64,000 nt of DNA, from IMG/VR virus record IMGVR_UViG_3300046499_000850; one strand, written 5' to 3'. This DNA comes from a virus (Duplodnaviria; Heunggongvirae; Uroviricota; Caudoviricetes). Numbering within the stretch: position 1 is the first letter of the stretch; each line of letters opens with the position of its first letter. The notes under the pieces were generated by a model, which was not told the origin of the DNA, made no database searches, and was given only the letters and a program-made list of their open reading frames with translations. Shown one piece after another: positions 28,138 to 38,617 of this stretch. The translations under genes were made by a program, and so were the position numbers.

Positions 28138-31100
28138 TTACGTCTGCTCGTCGTCCGGCTTGGAGGCGTACTTTGCTTTCTGCTCCTCTTCCGCTTTCTT
28201 CTTCGCTTCAGCTTCCTCTGCTTTCTGTTTTTCCTTCTCGGCTGCTTCATCGGCCTTGGCTTTCTCTTCTGCCGCCTTGGCTTCTTCTGCTGCCTTTTCT
28301 TCATCGGCTTTGCCAGCGTCGTCGTCGGTCTGGGCCGTGTCGTCGGTGTTGGTTTCGGTTTCCGTGTTGGTATCGTCACCGTCACCTTCACTACCCTCGT
28401 CACTACCTTCGCCGCTACCGTCGTCGTTCAGGCTGACCATGTCATCGGTACCCATGTTGGTATCGTCCGAGCCCGTGTCACCACCAGCTTCACCACCGGT
28501 GTCGCCTCCACCAGCGTCGCCGCCAGTATCACCGCCACCCATGTCAAAGTCGAAGCTACCGCCCATATCGAAACCACCATCACCACCGGTGTCGCCGCCG
28601 GTGTCGCCACCCGAATCACCAAAGCCACCGCTACCGCCACTGTCACCGCTGCCGGTGTCGCTACCGTAGCTATCGCTACCACCACCCACCCCGGCTTTCT
28701 CCAGGGTTTTTGCCGCTTTCTCTTTGGCTTTCTTGTTGGCACTGATCAAGGTGGTCAACACATCCATCATGGCGTCGTTGTGCACCGCCGAGATTTCCGC
28801 GATGTCAACTTCGAGCTCACCATCTTCACCTTTGGCCGTGAGTGACGCCAGTTCTGGCAACATGCCATTCTTGATCTGCCAGTCGCGCAGCATGTACGCT
28901 TTGAACTGAGCAGCCGCGATACGCACGTGCGAAGCGAGTTCCGGGCCAACGATCGAATCGTCCATCATGTCGTCCGACACCCATGCCTTCAAGCCTTCTT
29001 CCACAAGCTGCGTCTGTTGCTGGTACAGCTCGCCCAGGTTCTTGACTTTGGTGGTATCCGGTTCCGGCAGAGTCAGCGAGAAGCCACCGATGAAGTCTTC
29101 GATCAGTTCACGGATGAACTGGCCTTTGATCATGGCGTTTTCTTGCAGCTCTTTCTTGGTGACGAATTCGCCACTGAACATCTCGATCTTTTCCTCGTCG
29201 GAAAAATCTTTGATGATCTCGGCGAATGCTGCGTGGACGATTTCCACCAGCTCATCGATGAGATCCGCACTGTTGATGGCGTGCTTACGCAGGTGCGCCG
29301 ATACTTGCGGGGTGAATTCCTGTTGGATCATCATGGCGCGTTTCGATAGCAGTGTCGAATTGTTTGCCACCGAGGCCGCGAAGTCAGCGCCGACTGCCGC
29401 ATCCACCATCTCTGGCGTTAACCAGAATGACATCAGGCGACGCTTACGGAGGTCTTCCATCAGCTTGCCATCTGGTGGTTGGTAGTTACTGTTCTTCTCC
29501 GAATAATCCACCTTCATGTTCGGCAGACGCGGGTGACCAGAGAACGAGAACTCGAACTGACTGCGCTGCAAACCGTCCTTAATATCGAGCGGATCGATGG
29601 TGCCTAGCGGGAAACCATTGCTGTTCACCCGTTGCATTTCACCGATGGTTTGTTCGATTGCTTTCCACGGGTCCGGCGTATGTTCATCGAGTTCGATATC
29701 GACGTGGGTGCGACCAACAGCATTGCGCAGTGCCCCCATCACGGTGCCGACCAACATGTTGGCTTGCATCGAGTCGATGATCTTGGTGTTTTCCAAAAGA
29801 CTGCGTCCGGTGCCGTTCTGGTTGTATTCAAACGCCATGTAGGTCATGTACTCCACCGGCACATACAGGATCTGCGTATGCTGGTTGGCCATCGAACGCG
29901 CGAGCATCAGGTTGTAGACTTCTTCGTGACCTGCGATCGAGATGTTGTTGCCGACCAAGCCATTACGCAGACGTTGGGCCAGATTGCGTTCCAACATGTT
30001 ACCGTAGAGCTGTGCAGCCGTGGCGTACGCGTTGGCCGAACCGTAGATCTGCGAGTTGTCACTCATCGCCAAACCAGCACGCTGGATCATCGACGACGAG
30101 AAACTGTTGGCTTGCAGACTTGCGCCCAGCTGACGGTAGTGGTTCACACCCATACCGCGGTTGATCGGGTTGCCTTCTGCATCGAGCAGAATGAAGAAAC
30201 CGATCTGTTTGGCGGGTTGGTTCGGCACGTGTACCGGGATCACTGCTTCGGAAGGGAAGTGGATCTCCAGTGGCATACCAACCGAACGGCGCTTTAGTTG
30301 ATCTTGGGGTTTGACTTCTTTGACCACCAATTGCGAAGTGTTCGGTTTGTGGAAGGTCCGACCGATCAGCGCGTTGCTGTGCAAGCTCGCCACCATGTCG
30401 GCGGGATTCCCCACACGCTTTGCGATCGACTCCACGGACAGAGACGATGAACGCCCCACCAGCTTATGAATCTTTTGCTGACGGATCTTTTCACTAACCA
30501 TCGGCATCTTGAGGATACCGATATTGTCTGTTACTGTGACGCCTGGCTTCAGTGTCTTATGAGCTGGATCACCGGCATCTGGGAACTGGAACATGACTTC
30601 ATTGCTCCAGTCCTTGTTCTCGTTGTAGGTGAGAAGATGCTCCAAGGCCAAACCGATACCGCTGTCGAAACCACGCCGCGCCGCTTGGTTATTCTTTTCA
30701 GCGTCGGTCGGACCGAGGATGCCGAGCGACTGGATCTGACCGTCTTTCTTCAAGACGTTCTTGATCGACTCCAGCGACACGCTACCGTTACCGTGGATCA
30801 GGTCATCGACCGCGTTCTCGGGCATCACCACCACCGGGTAGCAGCCACGCTTGAACAGGATGTCTTCCAGCATCGTCGGCAGGCGCGGCTTTATTTTATA
30901 GACTTCGTCAAAGTACTTACGAACAGCATTAGTCATTGTGCTGTTTACTTCGTGCGGAAGATTCCAGTGGGTTAGTTCTGCTTTGTAACCAACTTCGATC
31001 CCCACCATGTCTTTCGGGGACAGGATCACCGACACCAGAATCGCCGCCGCCAAGTCCGTATCGGACAGCAGCTGCCGAATGGTTTCGGAGTCATTGACGT

Positions 31101-31323
31101 TTTGCATGCCCTCATGAGCGATGCCGCGTAAGTTCGCTAGGTTGATCCCGGCGCCTTGTGCGTTCATGGGGTCGGTGGCACGTTGTACGCGCTGGTCCAT
31201 CACCAGCTTACTGACCAGTGCGGCCGCCTTCGGATTGTCCTTCGTGAGTCGAATCGCAGGGACACGAGCACCCGAGTTTTGCATATCCAGAGGACTTAAT
31301 TGATCCCCGTTTTGCATAGCCAT
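28138..31323 (-). CDS. portal protein (phiKZ gp129-like), 1061 aa, with G/D-rich and E/K/A-rich C-terminal tail
   Basis: Size; ILVSVILSPKDM, FPSEAVIPVH.P....IGFFILLD..GNP motifs recalled from phiKZ-like portals; divergent from a gp128-like gene. Confidence 0.7.
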   Translation of the reverse strand: MAMQNGDQLSPLDMQNSGARVPAIRLTKDNPKAAALVSKLVMDQRVQRATDPMNAQGAGINLANLRGIAHEGMQNVNDSETIRQLLSDTDLAAAILVSVILSPKDMVGIEVGYKAELTHWNLPHEVNSTMTNAVRKYFDEVYKIKPRLPTMLEDILFKRGCYPVVVMPENAVDDLIHGNGSVSLESIKNVLKKDGQIQSLGILGPTDAEKNNQAARRGFDSGIGLALEHLLTYNENKDWSNEVMFQFPDAGDPAHKTLKPGVTVTDNIGILKMPMVSEKIRQQKIHKLVGRSSSLSVESIAKRVGNPADMVASLHSNALIGRTFHKPNTSQLVVKEVKPQDQLKRRSVGMPLEIHFPSEAVIPVHVPNQPAKQIGFFILLDAEGNPINRGMGVNHYRQLGASLQANSFSSSMIQRAGLAMSDNSQIYGSANAYATAAQLYGNMLERNLAQRLRNGLVGNNISIAGHEEVYNLMLARSMANQHTQILYVPVEYMTYMAFEYNQNGTGRSLLENTKIIDSMQANMLVGTVMGALRNAVGRTHVDIELDEHTPDPWKAIEQTIGEMQRVNSNGFPLGTIDPLDIKDGLQRSQFEFSFSGHPRLPNMKVDYSEKNSNYQPPDGKLMEDLRKRRLMSFWLTPEMVDAAVGADFAASVANNSTLLSKRAMMIQQEFTPQVSAHLRKHAINSADLIDELVEIVHAAFAEIIKDFSDEEKIEMFSGEFVTKKELQENAMIKGQFIRELIEDFIGGFSLTLPEPDTTKVKNLGELYQQQTQLVEEGLKAWVSDDMMDDSIVGPELASHVRIAAAQFKAYMLRDWQIKNGMLPELASLTAKGEDGELEVDIAEISAVHNDAMMDVLTTLISANKKAKEKAAKTLEKAGVGGGSDSYGSDTGSGDSGGSGGFGDSGGDTGGDTGGDGGFDMGGSFDFDMGGGDTGGDAGGGDTGGEAGGDTGSDDTNMGTDDMVSLNDDGSGEGSDEGSEGDGDDTNTETETNTDDTAQTDDDAGKADEEKAAEEAKAAEEKAKADEAAEKEKQKAEEAEAKKKAEEEQKAKYASKPDDEQT

Positions 31324-31358
31324 AACTAGCACCTCTTTCAGTTCTAATAGGGATAGTC

Positions 31359-33716
31359 GTGAGTTCAAATAACTATCAGATTTATATCAATCAGACCCTG
31401 CAGCTGGTGGAGACGATCGTCATCAAATCGTCTTACACCGCGCGTGCTCTTAACGAGTGGGTCGCAGGCGCCATGGCGGCCGGAGGTTATTTAGCCCCTG
31501 TCGATCCTGACCCCACCACCTGGAAATATTATCTCAATCTTGCTGGAGAGTACCATAGCATCGACGAAGTGATGACCGTCGTGTCCATGGATACCTTGGA
31601 AGAGATCGTATTCAACAAAGTCAACCTCGCGATCCACACGGCGACTGCTCGGGCTTATCAGTACGGTAGCAAACAGTACACCGATTTGGTGGCCCGCTTT
31701 CCAACCCAAGAACAACTGATCCTGGGTATTTTGTACCCGACCGATATCGAGCGCGCGATTGCGGCACAAGACGGGGACATCTTGGCATTCCCGCCGGGTC
31801 TGGTCGAGGAAAACGAATACCACCTCATCAGCAACCTGCAAAAGTGGATCTACCATTTCAAACAGCGCTGGCATGTGCCTGGGTTTGATTACACCGACGA
31901 GCTGTACAATGCCACGATGTTGGGGCTCATGTACCTGCTGTTGGTCCAAGCCTTGTTGACCTTGCGGTTAGCTGCATGTAACACCAACGAAGCGCACAGC
32001 TTTCACATCAGAGAATATCTGGCCAGCCACGGCTACTTGGACAAGTTCTTTGATGCAATGACCAAAAAGCAAGCGCTGCATTTCTACCGCAATATCGCGT
32101 ATATTCAGCGGCATGCGGGTAGAAATGCGACGCTGGAATCATTAACCGAGCATATCATGACCGACCGGTTCATTCCCCTCGCGGAATACACCATGAAGCA
32201 TGATGTTTCGGCGCAGACAGAGAACCTTTACCCCGAGGTGATCTTCCGCAAACGTCAACTCAATCTGGACATTATCCTGCCAGATGACAACCGCACCACT
32301 ATCAAAGAACTGCTCGACAAAGAAAAGCCGCTCGCGGTGGGTAACACCCTGGACTTGGATGAAGTTGAAACCCAAGTCAAAGAGTTGATGCAGAATTCGC
32401 CGTCCAATGTGGTGGCGACCAAGGTGCTCGAATCGTCGATGATCGATGAGACGAATAGCTCGCCGTGGATTTTGAGTGAGATCTTGTTTAACCACTGGCT
32501 CTATTTTAGTAGCCAAGACTTGTACACCGCGTATGTGAATGTGACTAACCCGAAAACCGGTGAAAAGATTCCGGTGACAGCGAAGGAAGCGTTCATTTTG
32601 GCGCTTTATGCTTTTGCGAAAACGGTCGGGGGGCACCTCGATACGATTCCGCTAGCGTATGCAAGTCGGGTACAACGGATTCCACGCGCCACGGTGGACG
32701 ACATCTATTCGATCGTTGACCATCAGTTACTGCCGCGTAGTGTGGCCGAGAAAGCCTTGTCGCAACAACCGGCCATCAAGCCGATGCTGTCGATCGATGC
32801 GTTCTGGAATACGGGGGTGGCAATCAATGCTGCGGTGCAGATGCAGCGTAACATGATCGCGGCGCGGGAACACCACGAAGGGCGGGCCATGGTGCAATCC
32901 ATGGTGACGCGGATTTATAGTGATTACATTCTGGCGCTCGAACCCGAAGGTACGCTCTACGATACGTGGCTGTCGGCGCGCAACATCGACTTGTCGCAAC
33001 TAAACCGGGCCGAGTTCGTCTTGCTGTTTGAAGACATCGTGGCCCAAGCCACGGGTGCGAGTCTGCATCCCGTGCAAACCATGAAGTCGCTGCAACAAGC
33101 GATGGTGGGGATGTTCGCCCAACTCTCGTCGTACGGTATCCAAGTTATCGCCGAGATCAATGATTCGACGATCCGCAAAACCGACTGGCCAGCCGTGCGG
33201 TTGGGAACGGTGACAGGGTCGATCCAGACTAACCCACAGAACCCCGATGGGGTGGTGGCAGTGGACCGCATCAGTGAATCGTGTTCGATGCGAGTCGAGG
33301 TGGACTTAAACCATCCGGGCGTTGACCCCGACGTGCACCAGTTTGGAACGCACCGCGTCGAAGTACAGTTGTCGATGAATGGGGATTTGCAAGCCCACCC
33401 GACCACGTACTTGTTCGATTCCCCAATCGGCAACCTCGGTATCACGAGCCCCGATCCGGAAGGCGTGACGATCCCGCGGGGTTGGGTGCCGTTTATCGGT
33501 ATCGAGTACTTCTTGAATTTGACGGCTGACCAAATCGGCTTGATCCAAGATCCGTACAACCCACCGGGCACGTTCACTCCACCGACCAAGATCCCGCTGT
33601 CGCAAATCGTGTTGATCACGGAACTGCCGGGCATTAACCTGACGGACGATGAACGTTCAGAACCGCTATCGCGTAGTGTGACGGAATTGGTACTCGGGAA
33701 AACTTACCCACAGTAA
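31359..33716 (+). CDS. virion structural protein (phiKZ gp128-like), 785 aa
   Basis: WKYYLNLAGEYH..D..M.V.S.DT.EEI.F motif; F.IREYLASH; synteny with the portal. Confidence 0.65.
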   Translation: MSSNNYQIYINQTLQLVETIVIKSSYTARALNEWVAGAMAAGGYLAPVDPDPTTWKYYLNLAGEYHSIDEVMTVVSMDTLEEIVFNKVNLAIHTATARAYQYGSKQYTDLVARFPTQEQLILGILYPTDIERAIAAQDGDILAFPPGLVEENEYHLISNLQKWIYHFKQRWHVPGFDYTDELYNATMLGLMYLLLVQALLTLRLAACNTNEAHSFHIREYLASHGYLDKFFDAMTKKQALHFYRNIAYIQRHAGRNATLESLTEHIMTDRFIPLAEYTMKHDVSAQTENLYPEVIFRKRQLNLDIILPDDNRTTIKELLDKEKPLAVGNTLDLDEVETQVKELMQNSPSNVVATKVLESSMIDETNSSPWILSEILFNHWLYFSSQDLYTAYVNVTNPKTGEKIPVTAKEAFILALYAFAKTVGGHLDTIPLAYASRVQRIPRATVDDIYSIVDHQLLPRSVAEKALSQQPAIKPMLSIDAFWNTGVAINAAVQMQRNMIAAREHHEGRAMVQSMVTRIYSDYILALEPEGTLYDTWLSARNIDLSQLNRAEFVLLFEDIVAQATGASLHPVQTMKSLQQAMVGMFAQLSSYGIQVIAEINDSTIRKTDWPAVRLGTVTGSIQTNPQNPDGVVAVDRISESCSMRVEVDLNHPGVDPDVHQFGTHRVEVQLSMNGDLQAHPTTYLFDSPIGNLGITSPDPEGVTIPRGWVPFIGIEYFLNLTADQIGLIQDPYNPPGTFTPPTKIPLSQIVLITELPGINLTDDERSEPLSRSVTELVLGKTYPQ

Positions 33717-33778
33717 ACATCATTATCTGGCGAGAGATGCTCGCGCATCTATTCTTTTAATTTTGGAGTAAATAAAAA

Positions 33779-34642
33779 ATGGCTGAGAAAACAACCAGGA
33801 CAGTTTACGGCATGTATTTACAGACGTGTGCCCATCTGGGCATTCCGTTCGTGCTGCAAAAGAACACCACGCTCAACGAACTGCTGAGCATCCAAGCTGA
33901 CCGTGTGCCGGACGCCAACGTGTACCCAACCCTGGGTTACCTGAGCCTGGGTAATGGCGGTTTGTCAGCCAGCTTGCTGGCGGATGGCAATCCGGTGATG
34001 ATTCCGAAGATCTTCCAAGCCACCAACGCTGCACCGTACAGCCCGATTCCGCTGATCCTGCGGGCGCTCGGCAACGACCTGACCCCGGACGAACGGAAGA
34101 AGTACGCGCTGCGTCGTCTGGAAACCCGTGGCGACACCACGTACATCGCGTACTACCTCAAGCGCGTCGACAAGACCAACCTCACCGCCGGTATGTTTTT
34201 AACCACCGTGGTAGATGGTGTGAAAAATACTGTTCCGTTCGTGCCCGATTCGTCGGTGTTGCACCCCGCACCGCCGGTCATCAGTAACCCAGGTGTGATC
34301 ACGGCCGACGGTTCCTACGTCAGCGCCTCGGCGCCACTCAATGTGGTGCTGGATGCCGTCGACACCGAAGAGCTGATGAATGTGTTTAACATCATCTACC
34401 AAAACCCGAACGCGGCAATCATCTCGGAACTGGCGTTGTGCTCGGGCTTGGACCTGACCGTGCAAGTCAACGACGCGGGTGGCAACACCTTCAACATGGC
34501 CGAAGCGATCGCGGTGCAAGTCAACGACTTGGTGAACATCGGCGCTCCGCTGCAATTTAACGCCGACGGCGTGAAGTTCAGCATGGACATCGGCGCCACG
34601 GAACCGCTCTACTCGAAAGACATGGTTCCCGTCGCCAACTAA
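33779..34642 (+). CDS. virion structural protein (probable tail/baseplate), 287 aa
   Basis: TTLNE...I...Y...G.GG and YIAYYLKR motifs typical of this phiKZ-like gene; GGAG RBS. Confidence 0.55.
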   Translation: MAEKTTRTVYGMYLQTCAHLGIPFVLQKNTTLNELLSIQADRVPDANVYPTLGYLSLGNGGLSASLLADGNPVMIPKIFQATNAAPYSPIPLILRALGNDLTPDERKKYALRRLETRGDTTYIAYYLKRVDKTNLTAGMFLTTVVDGVKNTVPFVPDSSVLHPAPPVISNPGVITADGSYVSASAPLNVVLDAVDTEELMNVFNIIYQNPNAAIISELALCSGLDLTVQVNDAGGNTFNMAEAIAVQVNDLVNIGAPLQFNADGVKFSMDIGATEPLYSKDMVPVAN

Positions 34643-34655
34643 ATAAGGTAACATC

Positions 34656-35243
34656 ATGCTCCATGTCCCTACAAACAGTAGGGATACATTCACCGTGTGC
34701 GGCACCGACCCAGGAACCCATAACCTGGGCTTGGGGGCACTACACGTGGATATGTATACCCTGAAAATTCGTTCATTCGAAGCCTACACGTTGGTTGCTA
34801 CAAAGCTGATGGATGATGAGGATCTGCTTGTAGCCAACCATGGGCATACCTACGCCCGGACCGATGCACACAAAGATGCGTTGGTGCGGGCGTTTCGTTA
34901 CTTCCAACCCTCGGCGATTGCCAGCGAAGACGCGTTCTTCAATCGTCGTACACCGGGCGCATACGCGCCGCTGTTGAAATCCATCCAAAGCATTCGGGAA
35001 GCGGTGATCGAGTACGACCCGTTCATGCCGTTCGTGTTGCTGGAACCCTCGGTCATCAAGGTCGGCGTGGGTGCGGTGAATTGGTCCAAGAAGAATGGTA
35101 CCAACAAATCGTCTGTGCTCGATGCTTTGCTGAGCAATGCGGAATTCAAAGTCCCTAGTCCTACGCCATTGTCGACACTCAGCGAGCACGCTATCGATAG
35201 CTTGGCGATCGCATACACGCGCTTAAAACAGTTGAGGTCATAA
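34656..35243 (+). CDS. ruvC: RuvC-like Holliday junction resolvase
   Basis: GTDPGT (D), ASEDAF (E), SEHAIDSLAIA (D) catalytic motifs. Confidence 0.85.
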   Translation: MLHVPTNSRDTFTVCGTDPGTHNLGLGALHVDMYTLKIRSFEAYTLVATKLMDDEDLLVANHGHTYARTDAHKDALVRAFRYFQPSAIASEDAFFNRRTPGAYAPLLKSIQSIREAVIEYDPFMPFVLLEPSVIKVGVGAVNWSKKNGTNKSSVLDALLSNAEFKVPSPTPLSTLSEHAIDSLAIAYTRLKQLRS

Positions 35244-35692
35244 TGTTCGAACTAGAAGCTATTGCAGCGATGAAAATGAAGTTGGGGATCTTCGTGCTGG
35301 CGTTGCTGGCGGCGTTGGTCCTGTATTTCAATTACCAACACATGCAGAAGTTGGTCGCGAAAGCCAACACCACCATCACTGAGCAACATACTGAGATCGT
35401 CTCGCAAGCCGATACAATCAAGACTGACGGCATCGTCAAGAAGATTGACGAGGACACCCAAGTCGCGTTGCAGAAGGATGAGAAGGCAGTCGCTGTCAAA
35501 CACGAAAGTATCCAACAAAAGGTCGTCGAGAAAGAACATGTTATTCAGCAACACTTCGAAGCGTTACCCGTGTCTCCTGAAAACCTCGCCGCCGAACAAG
35601 AGCAACTCTCCGAATCCCGCATCGATGCTTTGTGGGAAGCCTATTGCGCTGCTACTCCAGCGGCCGCTCAATGCCAACCCACAAAAGGATAA
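35243..35692 (+). CDS. i-spanin (Rz-like)
   Basis: Single N-terminal TM followed by a coiled-coil periplasmic region; next to a lipoprotein gene. Confidence 0.65.
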   Translation: MFELEAIAAMKMKLGIFVLALLAALVLYFNYQHMQKLVAKANTTITEQHTEIVSQADTIKTDGIVKKIDEDTQVALQKDEKAVAVKHESIQQKVVEKEHVIQQHFEALPVSPENLAAEQEQLSESRIDALWEAYCAATPAAAQCQPTKG

Positions 35693-35695
35693 ACC

Positions 35696-36133
35696 ATGAA
35701 GCACACCCTCGAAGCATTTCTCGACTACGTCCACCGGCTATTTCTGTTGTTCGGTTTAGTGTTGGTCGGCGCAGCAGCGGCTGGCTGCACCACCCCCGTC
35801 CCGACCGTCGTCGTCAAACACGTTGTGGTGGCACCGGCCGACAACCTGCTGGTTGATTGCGACGTGGCGGCGCCACCGGTGAAGCTCGACTACTTACGTA
35901 AAGTCGAGGTCGATCCGACCCCGCCGGATTTGAGCATCGGTAAGGAGCCGTATCCGTACACGGCGCGTTTCGTGCAAAGCGTGATGAAGGTCGCCCAAGA
36001 ACGGGAACGCCAGCTGACGGAACTCAACTTGAAACATTACAAGAACCTGGACGCGTGCAACAAACGTTTCCACCAGATTCGGGAATGGAAAGCGAAGAGC
36101 TTACTCGAACTGAATGCCAATAAAAAGGAATAA
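35696..36133 (+). CDS. o-spanin (Rz1-like lipoprotein)
   Basis: Hydrophobic signal, lipobox AAG-C, Pro-rich segment, additional Cys residues. Confidence 0.7.
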   Translation: MKHTLEAFLDYVHRLFLLFGLVLVGAAAAGCTTPVPTVVVKHVVVAPADNLLVDCDVAAPPVKLDYLRKVEVDPTPPDLSIGKEPYPYTARFVQSVMKVAQERERQLTELNLKHYKNLDACNKRFHQIREWKAKSLLELNANKKE

Positions 36134-36138
36134 AAATC

Positions 36139-36687
36139 ATGCGCGTCATTACCCATGTGCTCCGGAAGATCGACGACGAAAAACCGATCTCGCTGCAGGC
36201 GGCTACTTCGCCAGCTATCGCTGAGTTATTAAATAACTACAACGAGATGGCGTTGGTGGCCCGGGCAGGTGAAGACTACCGTTTGGTCGTTGCCACGGCC
36301 GAGATGTATGGTCAGGATTTCAAACGGCACCTGTGCAATCTGCCGTCGGTGGACCTGCACCGTATGTTGGATCGTTACCTGTCCCACTTCGCCCACTGCG
36401 AGAAAGGCAACGCGACGCGCGAACGTACGCAAGTGGACACTGAGGATGACGAGCCGGAAGACACCGAAGACAGTTCACACCTCGAAACCCCAGCCCAAAA
36501 GTCCAAGCGGGAATTCAACCACTGGCTGATCAAATGCGCCATCGTGTTTGCCATCATCGTGGTGTTCATCGCGGGTGGGGTGATGGTGGCCATCATGGGT
36601 CACAACCACAGCGCCGACGCTGGAATTTTCAAGACGATCCTAGACAATACTGTCGAGGTCCTCAAAATCCTCTTTACCATCAAGTAG
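36139..36687 (+). CDS. membrane protein with two C-terminal TM helices (holin/antiholin-like)
   Basis: WLIKCAIVFAIIVVFIAGGVMVAIMG and a second hydrophobic helix; adjacent to the spanins. Confidence 0.5.
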   Translation: MRVITHVLRKIDDEKPISLQAATSPAIAELLNNYNEMALVARAGEDYRLVVATAEMYGQDFKRHLCNLPSVDLHRMLDRYLSHFAHCEKGNATRERTQVDTEDDEPEDTEDSSHLETPAQKSKREFNHWLIKCAIVFAIIVVFIAGGVMVAIMGHNHSADAGIFKTILDNTVEVLKILFTIK

Positions 36688-36691
36688 ACTT

Positions 36692-37384
36692 ATGCGCCGC
36701 TTACGCTCCAACGCCTTCACTGGCAAGCTCGCGACCGAAGCCGATGATACCAGCGGAAAACTCACCGCTGAGATCGAGTACATGTTCTACGCCCGCGTAA
36801 CTTCCCCACAGACGCTCTTAAACGCTCTGAGCGTCGAGATCCAAGAGCAGTGGGGGGTGTGGCAGGACAAGACCGATAAAAACGCCGGTAGCGGCTCTAA
36901 TCGCGTCCGCAAGATTATTCACTACCCGATCATCAACGGCCAGTTCGACAACATCAACAAAACCGAACAAATCGTGCACACCACCAAGCTGAAACGCTCG
37001 GATGGATCGTCACTTGAAGTATCGGTTGAATCTACCGAAGACGCCCTGCGGGCCTTCCAAGTCCTGGCCGAATCCGGCATGATCAAACACCGCTACCGGT
37101 TCCCGATCGAGGGCACGGAACTGGTGTGGGAAGTCGACATGTTTGTTGAACCTGGTCAATCGATGCATTCGACCAAGTATATTGACTGGGCCAAGGTCGA
37201 TTTGGAGGTACCTTCCAAAGACTTCCCGGTACCGGTGCTGCCAGAAGGCTTCATGGATGCGTTCAACAGCAAGATCGCTGAACCGAACGATATCCAACGC
37301 CAAGTCATCGAACAGATGCAAGGGTTCATTAGCTTACCGAATCCGTACGTCAAAGAAGTGTACCCGGACGTGTTGAAGAAATAA
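36692..37384 (+). CDS. CYTH / triphosphate-tunnel metalloenzyme-like protein
   Basis: EIEY (ExExK-like), RVRK, TTKL..LEVSVE, IKHRY, WEVDMF, VDLEV. Confidence 0.55.
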   Translation: MRRLRSNAFTGKLATEADDTSGKLTAEIEYMFYARVTSPQTLLNALSVEIQEQWGVWQDKTDKNAGSGSNRVRKIIHYPIINGQFDNINKTEQIVHTTKLKRSDGSSLEVSVESTEDALRAFQVLAESGMIKHRYRFPIEGTELVWEVDMFVEPGQSMHSTKYIDWAKVDLEVPSKDFPVPVLPEGFMDAFNSKIAEPNDIQRQVIEQMQGFISLPNPYVKEVYPDVLKK

Positions 37385-37392
37385 ACCCTGTT

Positions 37393-37421
37393 TCCCTGCC
37401 CCCATTCGGGGGTGGGGAAAT
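37393..37421 (+). terminator. hairpin ending the structural/lysis operon
   Basis: TTCCCTGCCCC-ATTCG-GGGGTGGGGAA. Confidence 0.5.
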
Positions 37422-37510
37422 ATGGCGCTAAAAAATTTCAAGTACATATAACAGTGGTGAATAGGAAAGCGAATGCATCCCTAACCCCTACTAACTTTAA
37501 GGAGAGCACT

Positions 37511-37864
37511 ATGTTTGATCCGGCAAAATTCACCATGCCAAAAACCCACCCACACAAAGAAGCCATCATGCCCATGATGCGCTTCTCGGGCGAGTTCGTA
37601 GGAATCACCTTGCGACCCCATGAAAATGGGCGCCTCAAGGTGATGCGTGAGGGCGCATGGATCGGCACTATCGTCCCCCGCGAGTTGGAGGATGGTAGTG
37701 AAGGCCATTCGTACGAGGAAGAGTACATGCTACTCTCCCACCCGGATAGTGACCACGAGTACCGTGGTACTGCCGGTGACATGGCCCGGATAGTCTCCAT
37801 GTTGCAACAGCGTGGTGGCGATTGGGACAAAGTCGCCGACGGCTACTATCCTTTCGCGGGTTGA
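37511..37864 (+). CDS. hypothetical protein (117 aa)
   Basis: AAGGAG RBS before ATG 37511. Confidence 0.7.
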   Translation: MFDPAKFTMPKTHPHKEAIMPMMRFSGEFVGITLRPHENGRLKVMREGAWIGTIVPRELEDGSEGHSYEEEYMLLSHPDSDHEYRGTAGDMARIVSMLQQRGGDWDKVADGYYPFAG

Positions 37865-37928
37865 TGGGCAAGGGCCTTGAATGGCCCTCATCCATACATC
37901 CACCAACAATTAACAATAAGGAGTGATC

Positions 37929-38201
37929 ATGAATAACGCTAATGCACGGTTTTCGGAAGCAGAAGTGCAAGCTGCAATCAAACAGCAGCTGACTTCTAGC
38001 TACATGATTTTGGACGAGCGTCAGTTCAAGAGTGATGAGCAAAAGCTCGGTAAGGTTACGGCGGTATTGTGCGATCGTCATCGTGAGTGGATCGACTATG
38101 TTGACCACAAGCTCGATGAAATCGTGGGTCGTATTCCTGCTAATACGCCGAAGAGCAAGCATTTCATTGGCCGCAGTATGTATTACACTGTTAGTTATTA
38201 A
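37929..38201 (+). CDS. hypothetical protein (90 aa)
   Basis: A/C-rich leader + AAGGAG. Confidence 0.7.
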   Translation: MNNANARFSEAEVQAAIKQQLTSSYMILDERQFKSDEQKLGKVTAVLCDRHREWIDYVDHKLDEIVGRIPANTPKSKHFIGRSMYYTVSY

Positions 38202-38213
38202 AAGGAGGGCAAC

Positions 38214-38537
38214 ATGCAAGAACTGATTGATGCATTGAAGTCGCTGGACGCAGATAATGAAGTCATCGCCTTCAACCAAGGTGGGCGTGAATTCATGACC
38301 GACACGGATTACTTCACGGCATTGGGAGAAGAAGCCCAAGCGAAGGTCAACCGCGTTTTGGAACTGTGCGATAATCTCTTGGTTAACGCTGGCGGGTATC
38401 CGAACTACACAGCATGGTTGGAGGCAGTCACCTTCGGTCAGGCACAAGGATACAAGTTCGATGTTCAAACTGGCGAAGAGGATTCTTGCGTCCTCATCAC
38501 ACCTGTGACGCAGATCGCTTTTGACTGCTACTGCTAA
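38214..38537 (+). CDS. hypothetical acidic protein (107 aa)
   Basis: AAGGAGG RBS. Confidence 0.75.
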   Translation: MQELIDALKSLDADNEVIAFNQGGREFMTDTDYFTALGEEAQAKVNRVLELCDNLLVNAGGYPNYTAWLEAVTFGQAQGYKFDVQTGEEDSCVLITPVTQIAFDCYC

Positions 38538-38540
38538 AGT

Positions 38541-38580
38541 AATCTCCTAGCCTGCGTCAATGCAGGCTAGTGGATGCGCT
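38541..38580 (+). repeat. CTAGC-hairpin intergenic element, copy 1
   Basis: AATCTC-CTAGCCTGC-GTCAAT-GCAGGCTAG-TGGATGCGCT. Confidence 0.85.
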
Positions 38581-38617
38581 TTATTTCTCCCACAATCAAC
38601 AACAGAAAGGATGTACC

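Noticed and set aside
37430-37460. Possible early promoter (AAAAATTTCAAGTACATATAACA), loosely like 21630-21650
   Set aside because: Only two weakly similar instances; no consensus can be supported without a motif search
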